Assembly: GCF_006345805.1 (NCBI RefSeq)
Contig: NC_043001.1
Location: 66,092,001-66,156,000 of the forward strand
Length of the DNA stretch: 64,000 nucleotides
Source of the DNA: Octopus sinensis
Taxonomy: Eukaryota
Reading direction: 5' to 3'
The position numbers and the translations under genes are program-made. The notes beneath the pieces are model-generated. The model was given only the letters and a program-made list of their open reading frames with translations. It had not been told where the DNA came from and ran no database searches. This document shows, piece by piece, positions 1-11,312 of the stretch; within the stretch, counting starts at the first letter, position 1; each line of letters begins with the position of its first letter.

Positions 1-1345
1 GAGCTAGAAATAAATTAGATAATATACGTAATGATACCAGTGGTACCTGTCCTAGATATAGAAACAAAGAATGGAATAGGATACAAAGAACTTGTGACAA
101 AGTAAACGGCGAACACGTGGTATAAAACGGACAAATATCAAGAAGTGGTGTTTGTAGAAGCCACAGTCCATGGAGAACTAGCCCATAGATTTAGAAAAAA
201 CTCAGCATTAAGATTGTTGAAAAGCCAGGGAACTCCGTCAGATCACAACTATGTAGGACGTACCCCTTTGAGAATACCATATGCACCAATGATAACTGCA
301 TGGTATGTAGGATTAGCCCTGGCATTAACTGTAGAACTAGAAATGTAGTTTACAGCATAAGATGCATAGAAGGTGCTTGTAAAGACATGAACATGACATA
401 CTTAGGACACATCTAGGAGCAGTGCAGAACGTCTAAATGAACACCTGAGACAATATGACGACAAAACACAGTCCTCCACACTCTAACAACATGCCAAAGA
501 CCCACATGGAGGCAACATGGGTCAACTTGACATCTGCATCTTATCCAAGCACCCAACAAATACGGGAGTATGTCCTTATAAATGAAACTTCCCTAATACT
601 AAATAGGAAATATACATAGTAGATATCATATCCCCCATACCAACAGTTTACACAGGTAGAGTAGAATAGTTAGTGGACTGTTATGTAGATAGATGTATAT
701 GTGTGCGGGTGGGGGTATATGTATATATGTGTATATACACATGTATGTAAGCATATGGATATGAAAATAAACAGATCAACATACAGACGGATAGGTACAT
801 AGGTTATATGAACAGACAAGCAGACATACGCAAATGGAGACTGAAACACATGATCATATATACACGCACACACTTCACTCCACACAAGGATACATATGGA
901 GACACGTGCCCACACATATGGAGATGCACATCCATACATACAAACACGACTCTGAATATGCAGAATACATACATACAGATGCACACACATACATATATAC
1001 ATATGCATACACACACATATATACATACACACACATGCGTACATACATGCATGCATGCATGCATGCATAGGTACACTCACACACTGACCCACACACATGC
1101 GCACAAACAGACAAAAGGGAACGCAGTGTAAATAACGGACAGACAGAGTCAAGACTATTCAAAAGGTTGCAGGACGCAACGAAAATTTAGGAAAATAAAA
1201 ATAAGAAATAAGTGGAAGTTTTACCGGTGAGTGTGTTAAATTATAAGGCACAAAAAGAAAATGACTCTCCCCAGTCACAAAAGAATATGCTTCAACACAC
1301 GATCTCATATAAAGAATCTTGCGAACCAAATCCAAAAACGAAATA
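1..1345 (+). mobile_element. Degenerate Penelope-like element 3' portion (linker/GIY-YIG relic, CA-rich UTR, terminus at (AT)n)
   Basis: 145-200 encodes VVFVEATVHGELAHRF, matching VMFVGATPGGELAHLL of the 8170 relic; upstream GTCPRYRNKEW matches GICSLYRNKSW. The terminal ~1050-1345 recurs inverted at 59320-59640. Confidence 0.6.
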
Positions 1346-1460
1346 TATATATATATATATGCTTATCTGTTATTTAGACATATATATGTATGTATGCATG
1401 CATATATATATATATACAGACACATGTTTGTATATATATACATATATAGATATATGTTAT

Positions 1461-1507
<47 letters not shown>

Positions 1508-1559
1508 GTGTGTGTATGTGTGTGTGTGTGTGTGTGTGAGTATGTATGAGGTGTGTGTG

Positions 1560-2500
1560 TGTAGCCAGTGCCTAATAATACCATCTGTTCATGCTGTTTA
1601 TGTAAATTGTTTTGGGGTTTGCATTGTTATTTGTTTGTATCTCTTCTTATCATTCTCGAGGGGATTCTTTCTGTTTTGAATCACTGCATTCTGGATACCC
1701 CTATTTCCAAGTCTTTAAAGTAAGGTAGTTTGTCTATTTCTTTCAAGTGTATATTGTCGTCAGTTGATATTGATATAACCATTATGAGATATATATTTTT
1801 CCTGCTGGACTTATTATCAAGGGATTTACCTAAATATCTTTGTCTGAGTTATTATGTCTCACGTCATTATCTTAGACGTTTGTAGCATGTATTTGTGTTT
1901 CCTCTCTACCGGAGTATTTCATGTCACTGCCATAGCACCCGGTATACAAGGGTCTTCTTTTTTTTTTAATTTATACGTTCTGTTTAGCTCAGATTGAGCA
2001 GCAAGAAGTAATATGATTGGTTATTTCTTTTACAGCTACCATACATTTTTCGCTACATTTTCTCTATTTCAGTATTTTTATAGTTTTTGGTGTGGTGTTG
2101 GTACTGCAGTAATGGGGGGGGGGCGTTTTCATAACCATTATTCGCTTATGACTCGGTCTTATCGAGTCTTGGTTAAGAATAGTTCATTTCTTCCTCAACA
2201 TTTTAACAAGACGTAGTTCCTGGTAGCTTTGTTTTAATGTTTTGTCATCCCCACCACCAGTTCTCACAGCTGCTGGTTACCGCTAATCTCCTTGTTGATC
2301 TCTCTGAAGACAAAAAAATGTTTTTATTTTGTTTGTATTTTGTAGCTATTTGTTCTGGTTTCGCTTTCTTCTATATTCATTATTTTTGTAATCCACAAAT
2401 GAATATTTTATTTTTTTAACTCAAAAACGCTTTTACCCCTTTGTGTATTTATAATTTTTTTATTAGCTTTTGAGAGGTGTATTTTAAATACAGTCATAGA
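1560..2500 (-). pseudogene. Highly decayed R4/Dong-like retrotransposon 3' fragment
   Basis: Minus strand reads ISTDDNIHLKEIDKLPYFKDLEIGVSRM...QMVLLGTG, colinear with the RLE C-terminus of ORF 31166-33808 (IPADDNVSLKEMKKLSKYKDLEIEITRM...KIALLGTA). Confidence 0.7.
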
Positions 2501-2966
2501 CACTCTTCCTTGAAGAAAGGAAATCTTCACCCTTGGTGCCCCAGCGATATGAACTCAGGCCCAAAGATTTGAAGCAATCTAATTAATTCTAAGAAGACGC
2601 ATGAGCGTCCACAGATGAAGACCTTGCGGCCCAGAAGAAAACACATATATGTATATATATATATATCGTTGCTATTATGTTAAACTGTCATATGTCCCTA
2701 TTCGACCAAATGCGTCGTTTTTCAATATTTATTTTTGCTTGCAATAGCCGGTGCCTTTGGTCAATCTATCGTATCTCCAGCTAGTTTCGATGCCAAGATA
2801 TCAAAAATTGTCAAAGTGTAGTACAACGGTTTTGCTATGGAATGGTAAAACTACTTTTTAGTTTTCTGAAAAAGCAACGTTTAGGACTTACGACACTTTT
2901 GCATAATATCAACGATATATATATATACATGTGTGTGTGCGTGAGTGTATATATATGTGTGTGTGT

Positions 2967-3336
2967 GAAGGCGCATGGCTTAGTGGTTAGGGTATTTCAC
3001 ACACGATTGCGAGACCGTAGGTTCGATTCCCAGATCTGGCGTTGCGTTGTGTTCTTGAAGAAAGCATAAGTGTTCAGCATTTTCTTGCTGAACAACCACA
3101 CAGGTTATTTGTTTGCAGTGATCGAATGTTTGTGTACACATAAGCTCACACCCTCCATCAAATCGACATTACCTGTACGGGTGCACCGAGTGCGACATGT
3201 CAGGGGAAATGATCGCAGAGCGACAACAAAATGAAGTGCTTTCTTCAAGAACACAACGCAACGCTCGGTCAGGGAATCGAACCTACGGTCTCGCTATCGT
3301 GTATGCAACACCCTAACCACTAAGCCATGCGCCTTC
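2967..3336. mobile_element. Inverted pair of tRNA-derived SINE heads (+2967-3066; - copy ~3075-3336)
   Basis: A box TGGCTTAGTGG and B box GGTTCGATTCC at 2976-3030; reverse-complement copy at 3237-3336, about 90% identical by eye. Confidence 0.8.
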
Positions 3337-3358
3337 ATACACATATATATATATATAT

Positions 3359-3915
3359 ACAAGATAAGAAAATGGAGAAATACATCTAAATCAAATATCA
3401 ATTACCGGATAATACTCACATACTTTATTAAACCACCGCATAAGAGACTGCAGGGTTGACATAATTATCGACATGGCCGAAACCGCTGTAAGATCTAATT
3501 TATACTTATATTTATATTTACTTGTATTTATATTCTCTTTTATATATATATTCTACTTATTATACAACATTACTCTTTTATGTACACTTTTTTATGTACA
3601 TTCCTTTATGTACACTGATTTGTTCTGCTTTTTATATTTAACCCTACAGTCTCTTATGTGGTGGTTTAATAAAGTATGTGATTGAGTATTATCTGGTAAT
3701 TGATATTTGATTTAGATGTATTTCTCCATTTTCTTATCTTGTATTAGTAATTTGTGGTAAATCATTTTACCTTTGCCCATATAATACAGTAAATGAATTG
3801 ATTGCATCGCAATCATTAACATTTATGTATTAACTTTGTTGGGTACTTCACTAGCAGTATATTGGATATACGTTATCCCATAGAGGGCTGCATTTACAAC
3901 CCCTATCTCAATTTG
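3359..3915 (+). mobile_element. PLE-type terminal fragment with 5' inverted arm
   Basis: 3359-3457 is the reverse complement of 3640-3743. Half-hammerhead GAAACCGCTGTA at 3479-3490. Flanked by (TA)n on both sides. Confidence 0.65.
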
Positions 3916-3940
3916 TATATATATATATATAATAATAATA

Positions 3941-3974
<34 letters not shown>

Positions 3975-3981
<7 letters not shown>

Positions 3982-4550
3982 TTAAGGAATGGCCTTAATA
4001 GGCCATTCAACTCACTAAAACGAGTAGCTAAACTATTGAATTTTTTGCTACCCTTATATTGATTAATTAATGATTTTTTGGCTAATTCTGAAATTAAATC
4101 AGCAGTTTATATTTGCTGCTGATAAGTTGGCGCGATGACGGTAGATTTTGAAAATTTAGAGTATATATTCCCAAGGCATCGATGCTGTTGCCTCGTGGAA
4201 TATTTATTCCTCCTGGCTTCTTTGCCGATGAGACGGGCCAGTGGTAAATTGACTTGATTAAATTTAATTTAATTTAATTAGGCTGGTTTACCAAAAAGTA
4301 CGTCGAAACAATGCATTGTCCAAAGATGATTAGGGTAAATGTTTTTAATTTTCCTTTGATTTCTGAATTACTACTATTTAGCGGTTTGAGTTTAGCCGCT
4401 CGTTTTAGTGAGTTGAATGGCCTATTAAGGCCATTCCTTAATATTATTGTTGAATGTATATTATGTAGTCTGTTGACTATTTCTTCTTTCTCACTAGACC
4501 GCTGGTGGCGAAATAAATTTCTATTGAATTCTTTGCTACCCTTATATTGA

Positions 4551-4556
<6 letters not shown>
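3975..4556 (+). mobile_element. Non-coding hammerhead-containing PLE/retrozyme-like unit with inverted and direct terminal duplications
   Basis: 3975-4033 is the inverse of ~4390-4448; 4033-4066 is a direct copy of the 3' terminus 4521-4554. The related terminus is at 61334-61620. Confidence 0.7.
4219..4326 (+). ncRNA. Type I hammerhead ribozyme, CCGAUGA core variant, long helix II
   Basis: Helix I TCTTTG/CAAAGA; core CCGATGA; helix II GACG/CGTC extended by TGGTAAA/TTTACCA; GAAAC; palindromic helix III ACAATGCATTGT; cleavage triplet GTC at 4318-4320. Confidence 0.8.
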
Positions 4557-4586
<30 letters not shown>

Positions 4587-4590
<4 letters not shown>

Positions 4591-4800
4591 TAATCCAAAC
4601 ATGAAAACAAAGAGAAAACACAACAACGCGAGGACGTGGAACAAATATAGTATTATTGGACGCTCAGGAAGGAAGGAAAGAAGGAGGGTTTTACGTTTCG
4701 AGCGGAGCTCTTCGTCAGAAACATAGGAAAAGGAAAGATCCAGAGAAGGGAAGACGGAGGAAAAAAATCGCCAACGGTACACACGCGGTCACATTTTGAA
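4587..4800 (-). mobile_element. Short PLE-terminus repeat carrying a minimal hammerhead, inserted in (TA)n
   Basis: Flanked by (TA)n; contains the hammerhead at 4688-4722. The same terminus AGTTAATCCAAACAT recurs as a stub at ~21914. Confidence 0.7.
4688..4722 (-). ncRNA. Minimal type I hammerhead ribozyme
   Basis: Minus strand gttt-CTGACGA-a-gagc-tcc-gctc-GAAAC-GTA-aaac; helix III reduced to palindromic ACGT (dimer type). Confidence 0.85.
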
Positions 4801-4817
4801 TATATATATATTCTAGC

Positions 4818-4865
4818 AAAAACTGTCCGATGAACGGCAACAGGAAACTCAGAGTAACAGGTTTT
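4818..4865 (+). ncRNA. Degenerate hammerhead (CCGAUGA) in an ~80-bp stub
   Basis: ctgt-CCGATGA-acggcaacag-GAAAC-TCAGA-GTA-acag; helix II damaged. Confidence 0.6.
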
Positions 4866-4905
4866 GTTGAATTTTCTGCTGCTTTAAATAAAGTATATAT
4901 ATATA

Positions 4906-6838
4906 TATTGCTAGTTTCTACCCCTCAACTAACCCTAGTGTACTTAATAAGGCCCTGTGGCATGCACACAATAAGGCAGGCCTCACTAGAGAAGAAATTG
5001 ATATTATTCTAGTCGCCAGAAAATCATTTATAAAGTTTGAAAATAAGTTGTGGGTTTGTAAAGATACTCCCAACAAGTTCGATGTGCCTATGGGTAGTTC
5101 AGATAGCGCGCAGATTGCCGATTTGGTCGGAATCTATATTCTCTACGAATTATCCGACCAGTTCCCGGATATCGGGGGCGGCCTATATCGTGACGATTGT
5201 CTGTTTTACCTACAAAACACCACGAACAGAATCGTACAGAAAACTAAAAACAGGTTAGCTAGGTTCTTTAATAGGAAGGGCATGAGTATAGTTTTTGATA
5301 ACGAACTTACTAAGGCTAATTTCTTAGATGTCACACTAAACCTCCATAGCGATTCTTACTGCCCTTACCACAAGCCTTCCACTAACTTAAAGTATGTCAG
5401 TGTCTTCTCGAATCACGCTAAAACTATAACAGACAATTTGGTTAAAAATATTTCTCAAAGATTAACTGATTTGTCTGCTAGTGTCGACATTTTTAGGCAG
5501 AAAGCGGAATTTTATAATGCCGCCCTGTCTAAAGCCGGTTATAGGGAGAAGGTAGTATATATAGATCCGGCCCTTCCGATGCCAGCATTCTGTCATCAGG
5601 ATAGGGCCGGCTACAATAACATAAATAATTTAAGTAGTGATGGGAGCCTAAGGAATGTCGGAACAAGTACATCTAGAATAAATTTAGGTAACATAAATAA
5701 TTTGCGGTCCAGGGGAGGCCATAGTAAGCCAAAACCTATTATTCAACCTAGAAATACCCACCTTAATGTCAGAGTTGACTCCCCGACCCATTACAAAAAC
5801 AAGAATAAATATATTTGGTTTGTAATTCCCTTTGGTAAACAAATAAGATCTAATCTACCCCTGCAGTTTCGCCAAGCCATTGCCATTAATTTTCCCAGAA
5901 ATTCCAGATATTACGCCACTGTTAACTCACACAAAGTTAGGATAGCCTTCTCCAACATAAAAAATCTCTCCCAGATAATTTCCTCCCATAACAATAAGCT
6001 GCTAAATAAGACCCTATCACCCTCGTCCGGAGACGCAGCTCTGTCTAATGCCAGAATAACGCGCAGTAATAATAATAGTAATAATGATAATAGAACCGGC
6101 ACAGAGATTAGCAATCTCCATACCAGCCATGGAGTTAATAATAGGAATAAGGATAGGAGCAATGGTGACGACACTAACGTTAGTAATGGTAATAGGGATG
6201 AAAGCACTGTCCGAGTCATTAATGTAGAGAGTCCTAATAACACCTTTAGCAACGGTTTTGACAACAGTAGGATCACGGACATTAGCAATCACAGCGATCT
6301 CAGTGACAGGGAATATACAGGTGATATTCCATTAAATAGTATTGATAATGGGGTGTATAATGTCGAAGACAGCCGCAGTTCTCACAATCATTATAGTAAT
6401 AAGAACGCCGTATTAATATCGGAAGCAAATCCCAATAGAATAAGGTTCTTATCTAGTAATTCCAAGATTAGAAATGCCATTTACCAATGCAGAGTTTACA
6501 CTGAATCAGATGTCTACTTGTATATCGGAGCGTCATCATCAAAATTGGCCGTGAGAATATCGAACCACTTCACAACATTTCGCGATTTTAGGAAACAACA
6601 CGCGACAGGACTTAGTAAATTGATCTGGCGTTTGAAGAACGCGAATTCAGCATTTAGACTGGAATGGTCGATTTTATCGGTGTCTCTACCGTTTGATAGA
6701 GGCAAAAGAATATGTAATCTCTGCAACTCTGAACTTTTTCACATTTTGTTCGCCCGAGGGCGCTTAGTTAACGAGATTTTGCAAAATTCTTTTAGATGTC
6801 CCCACTGGCGGCGGCACACATTTCTTGCATACAATTGA
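4906..6838 (+). CDS. Naiad-type Penelope-like RT + GIY-YIG endonuclease, 5'-truncated but uninterrupted
   Basis: Frame is open upstream of 5048 to IASFYPS at the (TA)n junction. Motifs: FDVPMGS, GLYRDD, NFLDVTLNL, YHKP..YV...SNH; GIY-YIG AIY...YIG...R..NH; CNLCNSE; CPH. Confidence 0.92.
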
Positions 6839-7121
6839 GACCTAAGATAATTAACACCTTGATGTCCTAGGAAAAGAAAAAAATTTTGGAAAAAATTTTG
6901 AAAAAATCTTTGAATTAAATTTGCAAGGGGAAATTACTCCCCTTTTAGCGTATGGTCTGCTACTTTTTTAGAAGCAATATCAGGGATTATACTCCCCTTG
7001 ATTTGACAAGTCATCTGTATACAAGCTGGCCACAGACGAACACACAGACACAGGCTTTTATCAGCCGCTTGACCAACAATATCAGCAGCACTCTTTCCCT
7101 CTAGCTGCTTCCTAACATACT

Positions 7122-7625
7122 GCCACACATACACAGGCGCACACACACATACATGTAGGTAGGTTCGCACACCTAAAGAAGATAGCCTTAATTCTTAAAA
7201 CAATCCGAACATTAACATTAGTTATACAGAATATATTCACACCCTTTGGTTTTTAGTATTTCTTCCCCTACCAGGTTTGACCGCAGTTTGACCTCGATTT
7301 ATTCCAACGGACTTTTTCGTCGGCCTCCACCTCCCCTGACGTCAACGCACATTGAGAGACAGTTTTGTGCCATTCCACACATACACAGGCGCACACACAC
7401 ATACAGTAGGTAGGTTCGCACACCTAAAGAAGATAGCCTTAATTCTTAAAACAATCCGAACATTAACATTAGTTATACAGAATATATTCACACCTTTGGT
7501 TTTAGTATTCTTCCCCTACCAGGTTTGACCGCAGTTTGACCTCGATTTATTCCAACGGACTTTTTCGTCGGCCTCCACCTCCCCTGACGTCAACGCACAT
7601 TGAGAGACAGTTTTGTGCCATTCCA
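7122..7625 (+). repeat. ~250-bp tandem duplication in the Naiad 3' UTR
   Basis: 7122-7376 and 7375-7625 are near-identical, differing by single-base indels. Confidence 0.9.
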
Positions 7626-7692
7626 TGGGCTCATAAGGAGCGTTTTGTTCGAATAGCTTGCTGCGCATTTGTTTGGAGATTTAAATTCCTGG

Positions 7693-7778
7693 ATTTTCCT
7701 GAAGAGAAAGCTGCAAAATGGTCTCCTTATTCAATCCGAATTTGGAAATTTGCGGCCTTTGAAACATGTGTAGAAAAT
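7693..7778 (+). ncRNA. Type I hammerhead ribozyme with extended helix II (Naiad pLTR)
   Basis: ATTTTC-CTGAAGA-GAAAGCTGCAAA...TTTGCGGCCTTT-GAAAC-ATGT-GTA-GAAAAT; predicted cleavage after 7772. Confidence 0.88.
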
Positions 7779-7984
7779 AATAAAAGGAATTCTGTAGAAT
7801 CTTCGTTCAGCTCCATTTCTTCCCTTCACTAAAGATATTAAACTTCAATTATCCGCGCTAAGGCACGGTTGCGACACCCCATGGTCGTAACTTCAACCGT
7901 GTTTTTTCTGTTGTGATTTTTGCTACCCAGGTATCGGTTAAATTTTGAATAATCCGTAACAAGATAATTCATTTATCCATTTCA

Positions 7985-8030
<46 letters not shown>

Positions 8031-8169
8031 GGGCAACTATGATCCGTGCCACAGGCCTAACTCCAATCTTAAATATGTCAATATTGGAAGTAATCACTCC
8101 AGTTCTGTAAAAAAATTATTATTTTACTATATTTCTAAAAGAATTTCTAATTTCTAATTTCTGATGAGG

Positions 8170-9744
8170 AATGTGTCTCGCGTGTGCAACCCTATGGAAT
8201 TGGGAGGACATATACAACACTTCATCCACCACATGCTTTTCTCTGGCTACAACCAAAGGGACAGGATTAGATTGTACAAAGTAGCCAGGACTAAGTACAA
8301 AGCCATCATAGATGCTAAGGGGATCTGCTCGCTGTACAGGAATAAATCCTGGAAAAGCACGGAAAGGACCAGTAGTAAGATAAATAAGGCTAACACTTGG
8401 TATGACAACCAAAAATACCAGTGTCATGTTCGTTGGTGCTACCCCTGGTGGCGAACTGGCACATCTTCTTAGTAAAACACCAAGTAAGGCTAATCTACGA
8501 ATTAAAGTAGTAGAGAGACTTGGTGTCCCTTTAAAATCCCTGATCAGCAATACCTGTCCTTTTGATAAATCCCCCAGTATGGAGTACAATTGTGTTGTAT
8601 GTAGGATGAACCCACAGGAATGTAGTGTATAGATTACGATGTACTGAGGGATGATGCAGAAATATGATAACTACCTACATTGGAGGGAAAAGTTCGTCAG
8701 TGCTCTACCAACATGCTCAGGCAGAACATGGAGGCTCAATTAATAGCATAGGGGTGAAAGTACTGTTGACACATAGAACTACTACGACACTTAGACAGAT
8801 CACAAAGGCTATACACATAAGAGTAGACAGACTGAGCCTCAATAGAAAGCACGAATGGAACAGTAATACCCACCACCATACCACACTACATGACTAAAGA
8901 CAGTAGGGATGAGAAAAGCGAGGGTAAAAACCTAAATAATTCACAGAAACATACAGGGTAATACACACACAATTGACATATATGCACTTAACTGTGATAC
9001 TTAACACAACTAGCAACGTCAGCAGCGGCGATACCAACGATGGCAATAACAACAACTACCACAATGGCAACACCGTGGGCGAATATACATACACAGAGGA
9101 ATACGGGAGCTGTAACATATTTTTCTCTTTTTTTACGGGTCTTGGGACAGTAGCAGCACAATGGGGTGCGAGGGTGGGGCTGGGGGAAGGTCATGCTGCT
9201 GCTAAAAACTATGACACACACACACACAAGCACATACACATGCACACACGCACACACAAGCACATACACATGCACACACGCACACACGCACACACACACA
9301 AACAAGGATACTTGCGCACATAAGGATACACATCTTAGAAGAACAGAATGGAGTAAGTGGAGCAAGAACACACATGAAAACTAACACATCGGAATGTAGC
9401 TCCTTTCGATCAAATGCTTCCCCTGAACAAATACCCAATTAACGATATTCGATATGAAATTTAATTTGATTTAATTTATTTTAATTTCTCAAATTGAAGT
9501 AATTGGGCACGGAAACAAGTGTAGGTGGAATTGAATCTCATATTGTTTAGAATTGTATTATGTTCTAATAAATTAATGTCTACATGTTAATTTCTCCGTA
9601 TTCTTTTTTCTAATACATAAAAATAGTATACCCATATCCATCAATGCGAAACTAACATCTTTGGTTTTTCCCTGATACACAGGATAAAACCGGGGAACTT
9701 GGATGCTGGCATCCCTTTAAGAAGACTTATTTAGTGGATTTAAT

Positions 9745-9745
<1 letters not shown>
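8170..9745 (+). mobile_element. Degenerate PLE (non-Naiad, Neptune/Poseidon-like) 3' portion with UTR
   Basis: Frameshifted pieces VMFVGATPGGEL...IKVVERLG...CVVC, TYIG, LYQHAQAEHGG, LRQITKAIHI...LNRKHEW resemble a CCHH-type PLE GIY-YIG region. Decayed hammerhead at 9418-9530. Confidence 0.7.
9418..9530 (+). ncRNA. Decayed hammerhead with long helix-II insertion
   Basis: ttccc-CTGAACA...CCCAATT...AATTGGG...GAAAC-AAGT-GTA-ggtggaa; G8 mutated. Confidence 0.55.
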
Positions 9746-9823
<78 letters not shown>

Positions 9824-11312
9824 GTTGACAGAGGTTGTTTTTTATGAAGCAGAAACTAATTTAAATTGGTCAGTTATATTATTGGAGCTTATTTTAGCGA
9901 CACCAGCAGAATTTGAGGTCAAAACTGAGAACAATTAAATGCTATAATTAATTTTATCTATTTTTCTCAGTTTGACTTTGACTCTGACTGGCAAACATTC
10001 ACTCATTAATACATCCCAATTTCTCGTCTACAGATAAATTATCTTCTCATTCTACTCTGCTACCATTACGTAAACATACTCTTTGGTACTTGCTAGTTGT
10101 TCCTCACAGTCCCTCAATAACCAGACTATCAAACCCTTCCTCCCCTGAAAGCCTTCCCTCTTGAAGTCTTTGACCCTTGTTGCCTGACTCTTAATGATAC
10201 CCGACACCTCAGTCAGATCGTTCTCAATAGTCAAGTGACGTGACGTACACTGCTACTTTCCCTGACCTAATCGACTTTAACTTAATTATTTCCAACATTT
10301 GAAAATGTCCAAACGTAAGCATTAACCCTAGATATGATCGAAATTGTTCTACTTTGAAACAAACAAAGCATCAGCGTATGACACATCTTTGTTGTTAACA
10401 CGTTAACCAAGTCAGATGTTTGTAATAAACGGAACGCCCAAATGCACTCAAGAAATTCCTATAAATTCCTCATCTATAACACAGAAATGTAAGCACATGC
10501 TGGTTGTCAATTAAAATAATTTATTCCTGAGTCCTTTCGAAGCTGTGTCTAATTTTTATTTGAATTCTACTTTTGTTCAGAAAGCCTTTTTTGTAACAAT
10601 AGACGCCCTGTTTGCAAGGCTTTTTTTTTTTTCGTTCAAACCTTACTACAAAATTTATGGAGACAGTTGCTATGCAACAGTACTATTTTGTTTAAAACAT
10701 TAAAAAAATTACGATACAAGGAAAAGTATTTAGTGTTCAGTTGCTACTTATTGTTATAGCATTACAATATTCTTGTTCATTATTGGACATGGTCGATAGA
10801 AAATGATATTGAAACTATTTATGGATTACAAAACATACCTTATTCACTCTAACGGGATGGTAACATTGAAAATACAGGATGGTATTTCTGATTATATAGG
10901 ATTGTATGTCTGATAATACTGGATGGTTGGTCGGATATATAGTGCAGTAGATCGAGCGAAATGGGTGTTAGGCTTCACACGGGGTGAATAGGTTCAGAGA
11001 TAATCTGCTGAACACATAAGCTTCTCAAATGAATTTTTTTGTCTTCGTTAAAGAAACAAAAAAAGAAAGCTAGCGCAGTTGTCAGCAACTATCATAAAGG
11101 AGAGATAATTGTAAAAGAGAATAAAAATTAATCTCTCAAAGTTACTTTGCATTTTGAGGAGAAAATCAGGGAGAACTATTATGGATATGTTTCAGGATAT
11201 TAGACCTCATCAACATAATCTGGTATACTCAAGTCTGACTGGTCAGTTGACAAAAATTTTCAAAACATGGAAAAAAAAAGCTAAGAATACTTTGTTGCCA
11301 GTACAACTGATA

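Larger units (their letters stand above)
4906..7988 (+). mobile_element. Naiad-type PLE with 3' UTR/pLTR, inserted in (AT)n
   Basis: ORF plus ~1.15-kb 3' region. 7685-7985 is homologous to 14103-14410 (-). (TA)n on both flanks. Confidence 0.88.

Noticed and set aside
1155-1190. Hammerhead variant TTGAAAA...TTGC/GCAA...GAAA (best seen at ~59478-59512, -)
   Set aside because: Could be a U3-A8 core variant, but helix I does not pair and this copy lacks G5; not called as a ribozyme.
2967-3040. Functional tRNA genes here and at other SINE heads
   Set aside because: A/B boxes are present, but there is no closed acceptor stem and the sequence continues into SINE bodies.
5911-6292. Antisense ORFs over the Naiad linker and the R4/Dong RTs
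   Set aside because: Shadow ORFs from biased codon composition.
6836-7700. Selenocysteine readthrough/SECIS in the Naiad element
   Set aside because: No in-frame TGA at a Cys position. The terminal TGA follows the normal C-terminus in all three copies, and I saw no SECIS fold.
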